Shown one piece after another: positions 9,401-24,400 of a DNA stretch of 34,360 nt. The notes below the pieces were generated by a model that was not told the origin of the DNA, ran no database searches, and saw only the letters and a program-made list of their open reading frames with translations. The position numbers and the translations under genes were made by a program. The stretch lies in sequence record SRR15195285_3540. The stretch is one strand, 5' to 3'. Position 1 is the stretch's first letter. Every line of letters starts with the position of its first letter.

Positions 9401-12400
9401 AGTGGAACTTGGCGACCCTGGAAATTGATGGCACCATGTGCTGATGCCCGCAAGCTGGCGACTGACGAAATATCCATGTCATAGGCGCTGTGCAACCGCG
9501 CCGTTGTTGTAGCTGCCAACTCAATTACGCTCGCCGACTGGATGTTCGCGTGCGTGAACGCATGCAGCGTCGTACCAGTACCTGCGCTCATGGCAGCCCC
9601 AGTAGTCCCACGTACACCCACGTGAGACACCGACGACACAGACAAGATTTCTGCACTGCGCGCTGCAACGGCGCCTCCGGCGAGCACTGCCACTCCAGAG
9701 TCGGCACTGATGCCGATACCGTCGCCAGATGTAGCAGTCTGAACCATCTGGACTCCTCCACACTCAGAAGATACAGCAAGCAGTCCTGCCGCCGCAGCGA
9801 ACGTACTGCCGCCGTTGGTAGTGCGCACAGTCGTTCCGGACGCGGCACTCATCTGGAAACTGTTGCCAGATAAGCTAACAGAGCTGTCTGCAGATATTCG
9901 AGTAGACAACTCAGATTGCACTGTTGCAGCAGCACCCGTCCGCACCTGAACTAAACCACCTGAGCGAAAATTGACGCGGGAAACTGGCGATACGACGACG
10001 CTATCGTGGCGAGAGGATAGGGCTGCTTTCATGGTCGATGCCTTCAATGCAACAGACACGACGCGCAGCGAGCCAGTGCATGTCGATGCGCTGCATCCAG
10101 CTAGCACCGACACGCTGCTGCTCCGTACTCGATTGGTTGATTCAGAACGGAAAGCTATGGGTCCGTAAGATCTGAAGGTTTGGCTACCTGCTGACCAAGA
10201 TGTACTGTCACTTCTGACAGCGATAGCCGCGTCTGCAGAATTGCTGCGCACATGCAGCTTGGCTCGAGCTGTGGCTACCACTCCGGATGCAGCAACAGTG
10301 TGAAACGAGCCGTGGGACCGCAAGTCAGCGTGTCGGCCAGCCGAGAGCGACAACTCAGCCACTGACTGCATCTCTACACCGGAGGCTCCACTAAAAAGTA
10401 CCCGTCCGGTACCTGCATAGATTAGTGCAGCGCCGCGGGAGCTAAAAGCCATTTCAGTCCCGCTCACAGCAGCAGAAGAACCAGCAGTACCTAGATTCAG
10501 TGACGCAGTCAGCCGTATATCGTTCTCGCTAGACTGTAAGACCATACCAGTCCCGCCGGACACCGCCACTGCCATATTTGGGCTAGTTGGATTAATGCTC
10601 ACCGGCCCGTCCGTCGTAGTGGCCCTGGCCGTGGTGTCACTGTCGAAAGTAACAGAAGACCCTGTCGATGTTACTACGACGCTTTGCAGCGTGCTTGCGG
10701 TCACATTCTGGCTGGCAGCGACCGATGCCGTACCAGCCGCAACAACACGCACAGCGGAGCCCGTCGAGCTACCTCCAGAAATAACCAGGTCGCCAGAGTG
10801 CACAACAGTCCGGGACTTTAAACCTTGAAGCGAAACAGTGTCCGCATATGCAGCTGCTGTCGACCCGGCAACTAATATGGAAGAGTGCAGGGAGGTCAGC
10901 CCCAATTTGGAAACGACGAGTAGCGAAGAAGAACCCTCGGCGTTGCCGAGCGTGAGGCCGCGGCCGGCTGAAGACACGAAGCCATTTGACGTTATGCGGA
11001 CGGCAGATGCCGTAGACATGTCGCTCATCCCAGCACTGCTATGCAGCGCGAGGTCCCCAGCCTGGGACGCAATGTTGATGTTCGTGTGACCTGTCAGTGC
11101 CACTTTGCCAGAAGTTGAATACGCGAAGAAATTGCGGCGTGCGGACAGCAGTGCGACATCTCCAGCTGCCAACGACATGCCATGCTGTCCATGTATTTTG
11201 AAAGGAGACCCAGCAGTACGCACTGCAACGTTGCCCCCTGCCAGCACCAACATGCTGCCCTCTCGGGTTCTGGAAGTCAGAGCCGTGCCTAAAACGGTCG
11301 CAGCGATAGCCGTCGCACGGATAGAGCCTGCGGCAGCGGAAATCACGTGGTTCACAAGAGATGTCACGCTTAGTAGTGACCGCGCTTCGAAATCGGCATT
11401 TTGATAGCCATCAACCCCCCAGTTGGACACATCCATCACGACACTGCCGCTGCTCGTCGTCGCCGTTCGCTCAGCGGCACCGAAAATTACATCGCCAGAA
11501 GCTGCGACTAGCGAGGTTGATGCACCAGAGATCTGGATTGCATCATCAGACGAGGATCCCAGGATTGCGCTATCAGCACCGACCGAGATGGTGGTAGCAG
11601 TGACGTTAGCAGCACCACCTCGAAGAATCATCGCCTGTGCAGCGAGCAAAGACCCATCAACCGCACGCAAAGCTAGCGCGCCATCTGTGGATTCGAATTT
11701 AACAGGTGCACACGAGTCTACAGAGATGACTGAGGTGCGCGACAGTATGCCCACAGGCCCGCTGTTAGCGAGTGCGTCCAGGCCCGTTGCTGTGAGCTGA
11801 ACGGCGCCACCTGTCGAACTGAACCCAGCAGTGCCAACAGCTTCTACGGAGATGCTCTGTGTAGACATCAGAACTACAGTGTTGGCATTTACTCTGACAG
11901 TAGTTTCGGCGGCAGCGCCACCCACAGATACAGCTGCGGCGCTGGTGAAGTCCATTCCTGCAGTGGCCCGAAATACAGCGTGCTGCGAGCTGCTAATTTG
12001 AACCTCCATACCACGGAGGTCTAGCGTGCCCGCTGCATCACACGAGATACGAGGCCCAATGATACGCGCGGTGCCAGTGGATGAATGCACGCCTAACGCG
12101 TTGAGTTCTGCCTTGACGTGAAAACCGACAGCGCCCGTCACAGTAGTGTCAGTGACAGACACTGCACTGGCTGCTCGTTGCCCCAAAAACGAAATCGTTC
12201 CCGTCAACGATTGAACTGTTGACTTCGTGCCAGCCTGCAACACGTTCCTTCCCGTTCTTGAATCAAGTGCGCTGTTTCCAGCTACGGTGGCCATAGACAC
12301 ACCGGTGGTGCCGACAACGGTGGTGGCAGCGCCAGTGCCAATGAATCGCACCTGATTCCCAGCTGTAGTATGCACATCATGTTCACTTGACTCAAGTGCA

Positions 12401-15400
12401 AGCTGCGTGCGAGCACGAAGTACTGCTGGCGAAGCTGTTGTCGCGATGCTCAGACGTTGCGTTGAAGCACAGCGCATGGCGGCAGAAGATGACATTGTGG
12501 CGATCGCTGAATGGCCCCACACCCGCTCCCCGCGTAAAGTAAGATCTCGTGGCGCACTGATGTCAACCACGTCACCGAAAACAACGACGCGTGCACTCCC
12601 GACACTCGAAGCGTGGCTTGATGATGTCATTTCTACGGCGGCGGCCTGCTGGACACCGATATTCGTGGCCACCACGGATGCGTCTCCATGCAAAAGCAAT
12701 CGTTGCTCTGTGATTACCGCGGCAGAACTATCCGACGCGACAGTGACGTTTCGCGCAGCCACAATCGTGGTCGTGGCATTCAGCTCAAATGCACCGCTGG
12801 GTACACTGGCCTTGAAGAGCCTGACGCCATCGATCGTTTGCCTGGATCCCATCAAAGAAAGGTGCCGCGCAGCAGCAAGTTCCATACCCGTCTGGCCTCC
12901 AGTGACAACTATCTGCTCGGCACTCCACCGAACCTGCGAGGAGGGTGTTGCTGTTTCGATGCTGGCCGTTGTCATGCCACGGACCTGAATCTGGTCAGCA
13001 GCATCAATGAACACATCGTCCATGTCTACTGTCAAGCTCGAGCCAACCATCGAAACGCCACATACGCCACATGCGTGCGGGCAGTAGGAAGCCAAAGACC
13101 CACCCACTCCAAATGCAGGAAAGCCAGCCAGGTCTGCGTAGCAGTCGGCACCGACCTTTCGAACATAACTGACTGCTGCAGCACAGCTGTAAGACCCAAA
13201 CTGTACCAGGTTGATATCCGGCAGTTCACATGAAGCAACTGACAGTTCCGATGTCAGCAACCGTACCGTGTCGTCTGACTGCATTATCAACGCGTGCGCA
13301 GTTGATATAGTGAATCTGCCACTTTGCAGTGCGACAGTCTCTGATGAGGTGGCGGCGCGGCCGTTGGATCTAAGCCAAATCGTTGCGTCAGACCCGACTA
13401 AGCCCGCCCTAGATGAGAGGCTGACTGTTTCCGATGAGCTTTGCAAGCCGCCATTTTGGGCGATGCCATACACATCTTGCGTCGACGAAATGCCGACGCC
13501 AGCAGATCCACCCAGCACCACAGCACCACCCACCAACCGGTGCTCCGCTTGTAGAGCTATACTGCCGCTCAAGCTTGATATGGTGGCAGTTGATGAGGCT
13601 CTAATTGATGCTGCCGATGTCCCGATGCTTACCCGGTCGTTTGCAGAGAGCTCCAGGCCTCGTCCCTTTACAATCGTGTCTTGTAATGCAGCTAATCTTG
13701 CCGTGCCCGACGCAACAAGCACAACGGCACTGTTGTCGGACTCGACTTCTAAGGGACCTTGCGACTGCATTGCCACCCTTTCGCCAGCCTGAATTTTCAC
13801 AACGCGCCGTCCATTGAGCGTTGCATCACCAAACGTCGACATCGCAATGGTTTTTGCTTCCATGCTCGACGCATCGCTAGATGCTAGCCGCAATCGACCT
13901 GCAGCAATAGTTGTCACTGTGGACGACGAACTCAAGATGGCACTAAGGCCAGTGAAACGTGAGGTGCCGCCAGTGCTGCAAGTCACTTGCGCGGGACTTC
14001 GCAGTTCAACACCGGCGTTTGCAGCAACGACTGCTACACCGGTGCTTGCGATCATTGATGCGGCATCTGCACCTGTAACAGCTACGTCCACAGTAGACGA
14101 CACGAGAACTCCTTGTTGACCAACAAAGGCAGCGCGATTGCTTGACGCATTTAGGAAAAGGGCATGGCCACCAACAACTACGTCGTGCTGGCCAGAAACC
14201 ATTGAGGTGCCAGATGCCCGTACCACAGAAGTACTGGAGCTCAAAACCTGGACGGAAGCAGTTGCGTCAAGCTGGATCCCGCTACCACTTTGCACCGAGA
14301 AAACCGTGCCTGCTGTCAATGCGACGTCCGCCTGGGCTCTGAATGCCGTGTCTCGTACTGAGCTGAAGACGTGCAACCGAGATTCGCCAATCAGATCGGC
14401 AGTGCCAGTCAGCGATATCAGTTCAACTGATGCTGACCGTACGTTGATGGGGCCACGAGAGTGCACTGACGCATCAGATGCGGCCACCACCGCGACATCT
14501 TGGTGGCTTCTAATGTTCGTCTCAGCAACAGACATGACCGAGTAAGAAAACGCCGACGTTGCTACAGTGGATGCACTGGAACTCAATTTCAGCTGGGCAC
14601 TTGACAGTGCTACGATACCCCCATTGGAGACACTTATCAGCCCGGCCGGAGACTGCAATTCTGCCCTAGCGAATGCACTAAGATGCGTTCGTCCAGCTGC
14701 GTGCAAGCCCACACCGGCACTGCCAAACATTTTGACCATCCCAGCAGCGAAGGTAGATGCACCTGTTTCACTGCGCAAGCTGAGCGAACCAAGTGCGGCG
14801 CCGAGTACAACAGACTTGCCATGCACCCTGGTGTTCGCACGACGCGATGTCACACCTATCAGACCGTGCTCACTCAGCACGCCCACGTCTGTGCGGCCGA
14901 CTAGCTGTGCTGTCTGCCCAGCGATGGCGTAGGCATCTTGTAATGTGTAAATTTCCAACGGAGCGCCAGACTCCACCTTCGAATAGGCGGACGTCCAGAT
15001 TGTGGTGCCTACAGCCTGGACACGCAGATCGGTGTTTAGCGTACCCAGAGCTAAGCGTTGCATGGCTTCAACGCGTGCGCGCTGGGTGGACTGTATCGAT
15101 GCCGATACTGCGGCAGTCCAGATCAGGTCGCTCTGGGCTGCAGCGGCATCAATTCCATTGGATCCAGTTGCAACCACAGCAGCATGAGCTGTCGCTGTAG
15201 CATTACGACGAGACGCGATGGCTGACGTCCCGCTAAAGCTGTCCAGGGTAGACTTGTCAGAGGAGCCGAGCACCAGCATGTGGGTAGCTCCCACAACAGT
15301 GTCCTCTCCGCCGTAAACACTTACTCCGAATTTCCCGTCAAGACGAGCTCGGGCGGCTGAAGATCTCACGGCCATGCCCTTCACCGCTGTGACGACAGCG

Positions 15401-18400
15401 TTGCGTCTGGCTGCCACAGATACTCCAGAGCTACCACGGACGGCACCAGACGCACTGCTGACGAAACCCACAGGACCACGCGGAGCAATTATTGCCACAC
15501 TATCTGCTGCGCTCAGAGATGCTCCTGAGCAATTTCCAGATGTAATGGCCAGGCCATCTGAGGTGGTTGCAACATCATTACGATTGCATACAATCTGCGT
15601 ATTGTCACCATGTCCACGAACACGCGTTGCCACAAGACGTGCTGGCCCAGCTGCATGCACGTCAACATGACCAGCGTGCGCCGTGACCATCGCTGCGGCA
15701 GACACCACAGACGCAGAGAATTCAGTGGATGAGACAGAAACTCCACCAGTCGCAGCTGCGACTGCCGTTCCGAACGGGGCTGTGCCAACCACTAGATCAG
15801 CCGCACTCGGAATCACATCGTCGACCGCCGAAATTGTTGTTGTTCCGGCTGAGCCAAGGTCCACGCCGCTGTCTCCCTGCACCGTGTTGTCTACTCCAAT
15901 CATTACTACGTTCCCATTACCAGACAACACTGTCAATGTCTCCGTGCTGCTCATCTGCACGTGTGTGTGACCGGCTTGAACAGAAACTCCCGCATCACCT
16001 TGTGCGCTGAGATATCCTGAGGATGCCACCCGTAGCTCACCAAAAGCAGCTTCGAGTGCAGTCTGGCCTTGAGAGATCAGCGTGACGCTAGATGTGGCCG
16101 TGATAGAGGCTGCACGTGATGCTGCTACGACAACCTGGCCACGTGTCGTTGATTCAGCACCTGCGCCCACCCCAACATATGATGCACGCATAGACGCCAA
16201 GTTGCTTGCCGTGGCAACTGTTGCTGAGGAATGAACGCGGACGTAGCTGGAACCGACCACTGAAGTCGTCCCAGTAGTGTCCGCCCGGATATGGGAGCCG
16301 CCTGATAATCTGACCACGTTTGCGGCTTGCGCAATCGCGCGGTCGACAGCGTGAATCCGAGTGGACCCAACTCCCGCAGCAGCCACTGTGCCAGCTGCCG
16401 AGACAGACAACTGGCCTTTGGACAGCAAACGAACAGCACCCGCAACTGTTTGCACATGCAACCCAGTTGACCCGGATACGGTGGCGCGCTGTGCCGACTC
16501 GATTTCAACCCCAAGGGCTGAAACGGATGTCTGCCCCCCACGTGCAACCGTGTGTCCTGCAGGCGATGTTACCGTGGTGGCCAACGTCGAGGCTGCCGAT
16601 GCACGGGTGCTTAAACTCATCAAAGCCAGGCCTTGCAAAGAAACGAAGTTTGCCGACACAGCTAGCGGGCCTGTGCTTGCTGCAAATGCAGTAAGCGCCC
16701 CCGCGAATTTCGTGAATCGGCCGTCAACGCCTGCAGAGCTCCGTAGATGTATATGGCTTGCAGCTCGTGCGTCATACAGTTGCCCTTGCGCTCCCACTTT
16801 ATTCACAGCAAGGCCGCGGAGAGTGGCGTCTGCAGTCTCTATCACCAAGTGGCTACGAGATATGGCGTTCACACCTGTTTGCCCAAGCAGACGTGCGGTT
16901 CCCTGGTGCGAAGTTACACTGATGCCGCCAATGGTTGATTTCAGCAACACTGCATCCTGAGAGCTGGTAAAGAGTGTGTCATGACCTGTCATCGAAAGGT
17001 GAGAAAACGCCTGCAACCTGGAGGCCCAAGCATCCATAGACACATGCTCATGCCCAACAACTCGGGTCGAGTCGGAGATGCATGCGATATCTTGATCAGA
17101 AACAAGTGCGAAGCCGCCCTGCTGTGACGTAAGCCGGACAGCATCACCAGACACTCTCGTGTATGCAACATGTTCCGTGGGTGCAATTTTGATATAGTCG
17201 CTGTCGCTCGCAACCGATATCCCAGAAACTGAGCGTATGGCACTTGCGAAGGCGGTGAACTCCGAATTCTCATTTGACACGATGCTCACGTGACCATCGC
17301 GGGTGCCCAACGTGGCGCCGTCTCGCCCTGTTAACCAGACGCCATCTCCGTCGCGCCATGCTCTTAAGCTGACTGCGCCACCAGGAGCAACCAAGGAGGT
17401 GCGCTCACGTCCACTGAGTGTGACGTCACCAGCGTCCAGGGCGCTTCTGAGGGCAACAACACGTAAACCAGTATAAGACTTCATCTCGACCGCCGTACCA
17501 CCCAGCAGGTGGGATCGCTGGGACGCCGTCCTGACGCGCTGTTGCGACACGACAGTCACAGTTCCTTGCATCGCACTTAAACGCGAACTGGTCGCCGCGG
17601 CCAGCTTCAACGGGGCCACACTGCCCTGAGATACAATGGCTACACCATCGGTGGAACCCTGTAGTTTAGCTATCTGATAGGCGCGCACCAGGGCAGCATC
17701 TGACGCAGCAACTCTGCTATTGTCGTGAGCAATGGCGGAAAATCTTTGTGCTGTAAAATGGCTCAGTGAGTTGCTTGTGATAACTGTCCCACTACCCGCT
17801 AGACTCACAGTAACAGGACTTTCAATCAGCCCACTCTCGGTTCCTTGGAAAATTTGCTGTGCGCTGCTGGCTGAAACAGAGCCTGCAGAGATGGCGCGTA
17901 CCGAGCCCAACGCGGCAGAGACCGCCATGTCGCCGGTGCTTTGCACCAATGTGTCGCCTCCAACAGCACGGAGCGAAGAGAAACCCGTTGCAGCAGCTAC
18001 CCGTACATGTCGTTGGGCACCAACCGCTACTGATGCAGCCGCTGCGTTGAGCCAGCCCGCGCTGGCCTGCATGCCACCAGATCGCGAGTGGGCCCAAATC
18101 TTCGAAGCTACCAAACGCGTATCAGCAGCAGATTGAAAAGTAGAGTTGAGAGGAGAGGTAGCCTGGACACGATCGGCCATCATAGTAAACGCTCCCTCAG
18201 ACTGCGCCACAATGGACTGGCCTACGCTGTTGATGTCAGCGCTTGCCTTCAACCCCACAGAGGCTGTGCCTTTCACGTGCGTATCGGAGGCAAACACGGA
18301 ACACTGGTTGCCAACTAAAGACACATTCCCCCCAGGTGCATGAACGAGCACTCGTTCGTTCACCGCGGACACTTGCAAGCGTGCAGTCCCAAATGACATG

Positions 18401-21400
18401 GCCGCAGCGGTCCAAACTGATTGAAGCATCGCGTTGCCAGACGCGCGCAGGTGTGCCTGAGAACTACTCGCACGCAACAGTGTGTGCGCTGTCTTCGATT
18501 GAATGGAAACGCTGCTGCCGCTGCCGCTGCCGCTGCGGTTGCCCAATGATACATGATCACCTGACATGTGTATCTTTTCTTTTGACTGTGCAAGAACTGA
18601 CGAGGTTCCGGAGTAATGAAGCTCACCAGCAAGACCAACCATGTGTACGCCTTGGAGCGCCGTTATTCCTAGCGCGTGGTGTCCACCGACACGCAAAATT
18701 GTGTTGCCCGATTCGCTCACGACTTTCGTTCCATTCTGGCCAGCAATAGCCACGCGATTGGTGGACGCCAGCCTAGCGTGTTGCCCCAAGTACAGGGCCG
18801 CGCTTGTGTTCTGCACCAACACGCCCGCATGGTCCGATGCGTGCACCAACAGTCGTCCGGAGTCACCTGCTGCCCAAACCAGCAAACCTTGCTGTGCAGC
18901 TGCACCGAAACGTGGCGATGCTGATAGCCTTGCAGCGCCGTCGGTCTGGACTGCGAGCCTAGTACTAGCAACATATGTGCCTGTCACCGAGCCTTCAACG
19001 CTCAGCAATCCCGTTTCAACACCCACAGCACCTTGCGCCCGCACCACGGTGTAGGCAATGCTCATGGCAGTCATAGCGCCTAATGCACCAACATCGACAG
19101 CTAAGCGGCTTTTGACTGCCGTTGAGCCAGTTGCTGCAATCGCCACGACGTCTGACGTGTGAGATAAGAAAGAGGCTGCCACGTGTGCCTGAAGCACCAG
19201 AGCACCCCCATCAGCAGCAGCGGACAGTATGTTTTTGGCGCGTGCAGACGTGCTTGCAGATCTCCCTACCACTCCGGCACTAGCTGTCAAGTGCAAAGCG
19301 GTGCCAGACACTGATACATCTGGACCTGCGATGCGAGCCCCCTTGCCTGCGACTCCTGTCAGCGCAGCTGACTGCGCGACCACTTGTGCAATGCCATCAG
19401 AGGCTACTGTGGCATCACCACCAGCTGATACGACAATATCTCGTCCAGCAGAGCCAATCACATCTGCCCCTGAAAGCAGATACACAGACTCATCCGAGGC
19501 TGCCTTCAGCAAGGCGAAACTATCAGCATGGACAGTCGCGTCCGTAGACACCAATGCTAGCGACTCAGCGGCAACAACGGTGGCAGCATCCACAGACAGT
19601 GCAATGGTTTCTGTGGCCTGCACTTCGAGCCGCCCCGTGCTGTAGTCATCGCAGAAATTGCACGCTCGTGCAATCGCACAGTTGGTTATGGGTGCAATTT
19701 GCGCGCAGCTCCAGCCTGCCAGCAGCAGCTGCACGCAGGGATCAAACGCATGCGCATCGACACAGTCGGCTGCCGAGACAGCAGACGCGACCGCTCTAAG
19801 TTTTCCATCTGTCTGCAGCACGATACTGTCGCTAGAGGATTCCAGTTGCCGTGCCCGGATCACGATACCCGCACCTCCCGCCAGGATTGACTGACTTTGT
19901 CCTTGTCCATGTAAACCAAGAGCAGTGCGGCTACCAAATGCAGCAGTATCAGCTGCGACGATGACCTCATCGAAAGCCTGAATCAGCATACGGCCAGAAT
20001 CCCCCTGCGGCGCGGCCTGCAGCTGGACTCCGCCTCCACCCTGTACACTGATTGCGTGTGACTTTAGTGACGCCCCAGAGCCGTCTGAGACAACAGAGAC
20101 AGAGCCAGTACCATCCAAATGTCCGGTTCTCCGAGCATAAAATCTCGACGAGCGCGTTGCTTGGATCCCGAACTGATTTGACTGCATCGAGACACCCGCT
20201 CCTCTGAACGCAACGCGTTGTTGTGTCGTTGCCGTGATACCAGATCCAGACACATGCGCAGAACGTGCAGTACGCAAACGTAGCCCGTCTGTGCCACCAA
20301 AATCAGTCTCCGTCGAACTAGACACTGCAACAGACCCGACACTTGTTGCCCAGGTGACCGAAGAACTAGAGAGGGAGAGAACTGGCGTGAGCAAATTGAC
20401 ATCCGCAGCAGCACCCGTAGCTAAACTGCCAGTAGGCGCATGCAAAGAGACCTTCGCACCATACGCGTACACATTCGTTCCACCCGCTGTTGTTTCCACA
20501 ATCGCATCGTGTTGTGAAGTCAGTCCGAAAATTCCGCCGCGCATTGCTACAGATCCACCCGCATCCATAGCTATGCCCGCGGACGCCAAAACGCGCAAAT
20601 CAGAACCCACAAGCTGTAGATTGTCGCCTGCAACTGTGCGCGTGATCCCAGAAGTGAGATGCACGGCCGCAGCCGTGGACGCGAGATCGATCTTGCTTTC
20701 GGACTGGAGCTCAGTGCGGGACGCCGAAAAGACCACGCGCCGTGATGCGGTGATTACGTCGTGCGCTGCGTGTGCGTGTGCTGTCGACCCAACTGCATGA
20801 ATATGCCTGTGTGCTAGCATGCGCAGGTCTGCTGCGCCCGACATGCTAGTATCGACGACAGACGACACCGCAAATCCCGACCTTCCGAGCAACGATACCA
20901 CAGCAGAGCCTGAGTTACCAGCCCGCCCAGAGTGCGCACGTAGCGCCAGCGGCCCTTCGGTACGCATCGCAGTCGCTGACCCAGCTGCGATGACCACGGG
21001 TCCAGAGTGAGCGACCGCAACCACGTTTCCACCTGCTGAGTGCATTGCGGTTTCACCAGTGTCTGCATGTACTTTGAAGGCATGCACCGAACGCAACACA
21101 ACGTCATCTCGCTTAGACTCCGCTAACACGGACCCTTGAACTGAAGTGATGCCCAGAATGGACCGCGTCTCGATCGCTGTCTGTGACGAAGCCACTAGAT
21201 GAAGCGATTTACCACTTGGTGCCACCACAGAGGCGCTGCTGGAGTGGACGTGGACACTGCGCTGGGCATACAGCAGTGTTGTGCCCACATCAGCTGCAGT
21301 GCGCACAGTGCCACTTGACTGAATTAACACTCCACGGTTTCCAGCGAACGACGAGAAACCGCCTGCGCTACACACGAGTGACTGTGCCGCAACGGACGCA

Positions 21401-24400
21401 ACAGTGCCTGTTGATGCAACTCGCACAGCCTCACTGCCCAACAGGTCGGCGGATAGTGCGGCAAGATCGAGGTCCGACGAGGACTGCATATCCACGTTGT
21501 TCGTAGCAGACGCGAAGACAACATTCGCAGCAGCTACATCGGCACCTCCTAGAGACGCGGCAGACAACCGTGCGTTCTTTGTTGACTGCATATGTACCCC
21601 GAAGCCACGCCCGCCCAAGCCACCCACAGTAAACCTAGATGCAGACCGCATCAGAAGCCGATCTGCTGAGGTGAGCGCAACGTCACTCAGCCCTCTGGCG
21701 CCAATGGCCACTGCAGACCCAGCGAATGATGCACTGCCGTCCAAACTGACCATGTGAAACGACTCGCCTGCATCGATGTTGACTTCGGATTCCAGGGCCA
21801 CAATGGTCACCCCGGAGTTGCCACGGACATCAACTGTGCCTGCCAGATTGAACTGCCCTGAGCCAGGTTCTGCAGTCGAGTGAGATGTCGCCCCGGAGGC
21901 AAACCGAATTTTGCCACCCAGCGACGTGAGAACTAAACCACTGTTGGCGTTCAAGTGTACACTCGTCATGCCACTCAGCATAACATTGCTGGGCGTGTCA
22001 ACCACTATCTGCCCCGTGCGCACTGAAGTAGCAATGGACACGCTACCAGCGCAGGTAGATAGCAGCGCACGGCGGCTGCGAAGCACACTGACTCCGTTTC
22101 CACCTCGAACCACAACCGCAGAAGCACGCAGCAGTTGCGACCTACCTGATACAGCATCGAATTCGCGGTGTGACCGAAAATTTGCATCTATGGCCGACGC
22201 CATGGAGATGCGCCCCAGCGAGGTCATCGAAACCGGCGTCAGGGCGTTCAATCGAATAGCTTGGCTGCCAACAAATGCAACGTCGCTATACGTCGCATGC
22301 ACTGCAATTGCCCCAGTATCTTCCGAGCACACACCGCCATCGTCACACCTGACTTCAGCAGCTGCAGACTGGCCACCAAAGCGGACACGTTCAGCTGCTG
22401 CAGCGCCCACGGACACTGTGTGTTGCGAGTGTATCACAACTCCTGGTGCCGTGGCCGAGATCGTCTCCGCGTGCACACTAACGCCGAGATGTTTAGCTCG
22501 CAGCGTGATTGTGTCGCCTTGCACACCGTTATGTTCAGCAGCGACAGACTGCATCGCGCCAGAATTTACGTTGATACTGCCAGATACTGCATCTGTGGTC
22601 ATTGATGCGACGCTACTTAATGCGAGCAAGTTCGCAGCATCCAGCGCTACACTACGAACTGCTTTAATCGCCGACCGACCTTGGGAGACTAAGGCAAGGC
22701 CGCTGAATCCCTGCAGAGACATGAGACCATCTGCTTTTTCCACCGCCAAGATGACGGATCCGCCAGTCGAGGTCAGGGTCGTCTCACCGCTGGAACCTGC
22801 ATGAAACGTTCGTGAGCTCAGACTTGCCGATACACCAACCATGTCTACGTTCCCACCTACAGAAACTATGGCTGAGGTGGCAGCACCAGTTACCGTCGTC
22901 TGCCCAGCCGACAGCATGCGGAACGTACCCGCTCCTGTGCGGACCGCGATGCTGTTGCGCCCGTTGGCTTGCAGCGCCCCCGCATCTGTCAGCAACTGTA
23001 GAGCTGCGCTGGAATCCAGTGCCACCTGAGTGGCAGAGTGCACCGCTGCCCCAGCATATCCAGACAGTGAAACTACACCGGTACTGACCATGGCTGCTTG
23101 CGATACACGCAGAGTCGTCTGCTGGCCAGACGCGAGCTGCGTGGTAGACGTGGACCGCAGGCCTACGCTCTCGGTAGAATAGAGGCGCACGTCTCCGCCG
23201 CTACTGACTTCAGCCGTGCGTCCAGACGACACTGCCACCGTCCCCATGGGGGCGTTGATAGCAATTGATTGACCAGAGGTGGGTGTAGCTACGTGTATCG
23301 ACGTGTCTGACAATGCGTGCAGAAACTGGTGCGCCATGATGCGAGTTTCTCCACCCATGGTGCCAGTCTGGCCGCGCGCTGTAAATAACAAATCAGATCT
23401 AGTGCTCGCCTGAACTCGATGAGCATTTAAACCAATTGCACCAGAAGTTGCTCCAGAGACCGCCAGCATCGCATCGATTGCCACGCCAGTCTCCGACACT
23501 ACAGATGCCAGGCCGCTGTGAGCTGCAGCAGTCAGAGCGCCAGCAGAAACAATTTTCATCTTGATGGCAGCGTTTGATCTCAACCCTGTCTCGCCATGCA
23601 CTCGGACTTTGTTGCTCGCGGTGATATCGACTGAGCCTACTGCCGTAAGCGTGGCCTGGCTGGTCAGAGCCTTGACACCAACGTTTGGAGCAGACGCCGC
23701 AGCCGGGGATGCGACAGCTCGTACTATGACATCGCCTAGCGAAATAATGGAAGTCTCATCTGTAGATGTGAGCGTCGCTTCTGATGCCATCGCCGATACT
23801 GCGTTCGCAGCACGGACTACGAAAGTCTGGGAAACTACTGAGGCTGCACCGACACTTGCTACAGACAGCCGACTGACGGACCGAGCGTCGAGGTCAAGAG
23901 CAGATGTTGCTGCAACATGCGACGTCAAAGTCCTGACAAATGCACCCACGCCGTCTACAAGCGCAGCAACGGAGCTTCCACGAACACCACGCTGCCCTTG
24001 GAATCCAAGCTGGTCCGTTCCGGCCACCGTTACACGACCTGCAGTCAACGCTACTTCATGCATTGCTGCAACAGTTGCGATGAAATCCGACTGCACTTCC
24101 ACACCCGACGCCGAGAGCGTCAAATGATTTCCCGCAGTCATGCCCAGGTCTGCTATGGATGACACTTCAGCGAGTGCGTGCGCATGGAAAAAGGCCTCCC
24201 GATGCACAGACGCAGCGGTGCTATCAGACGAAACGGAAATGCGACCAGTCAGAGAAAAAATCTGCGATGAAACCCCAGCCGCACCAATGCTGCCAGCTTG
24301 CGCTGTGCTTCTCAAATCCCCTCGGCGTGCAAGTGTCTCGATCGATCGTGCAGTTTGCAGACCCATGGCTGACGACTTCATGCGGACGCGAGTAGCATGA

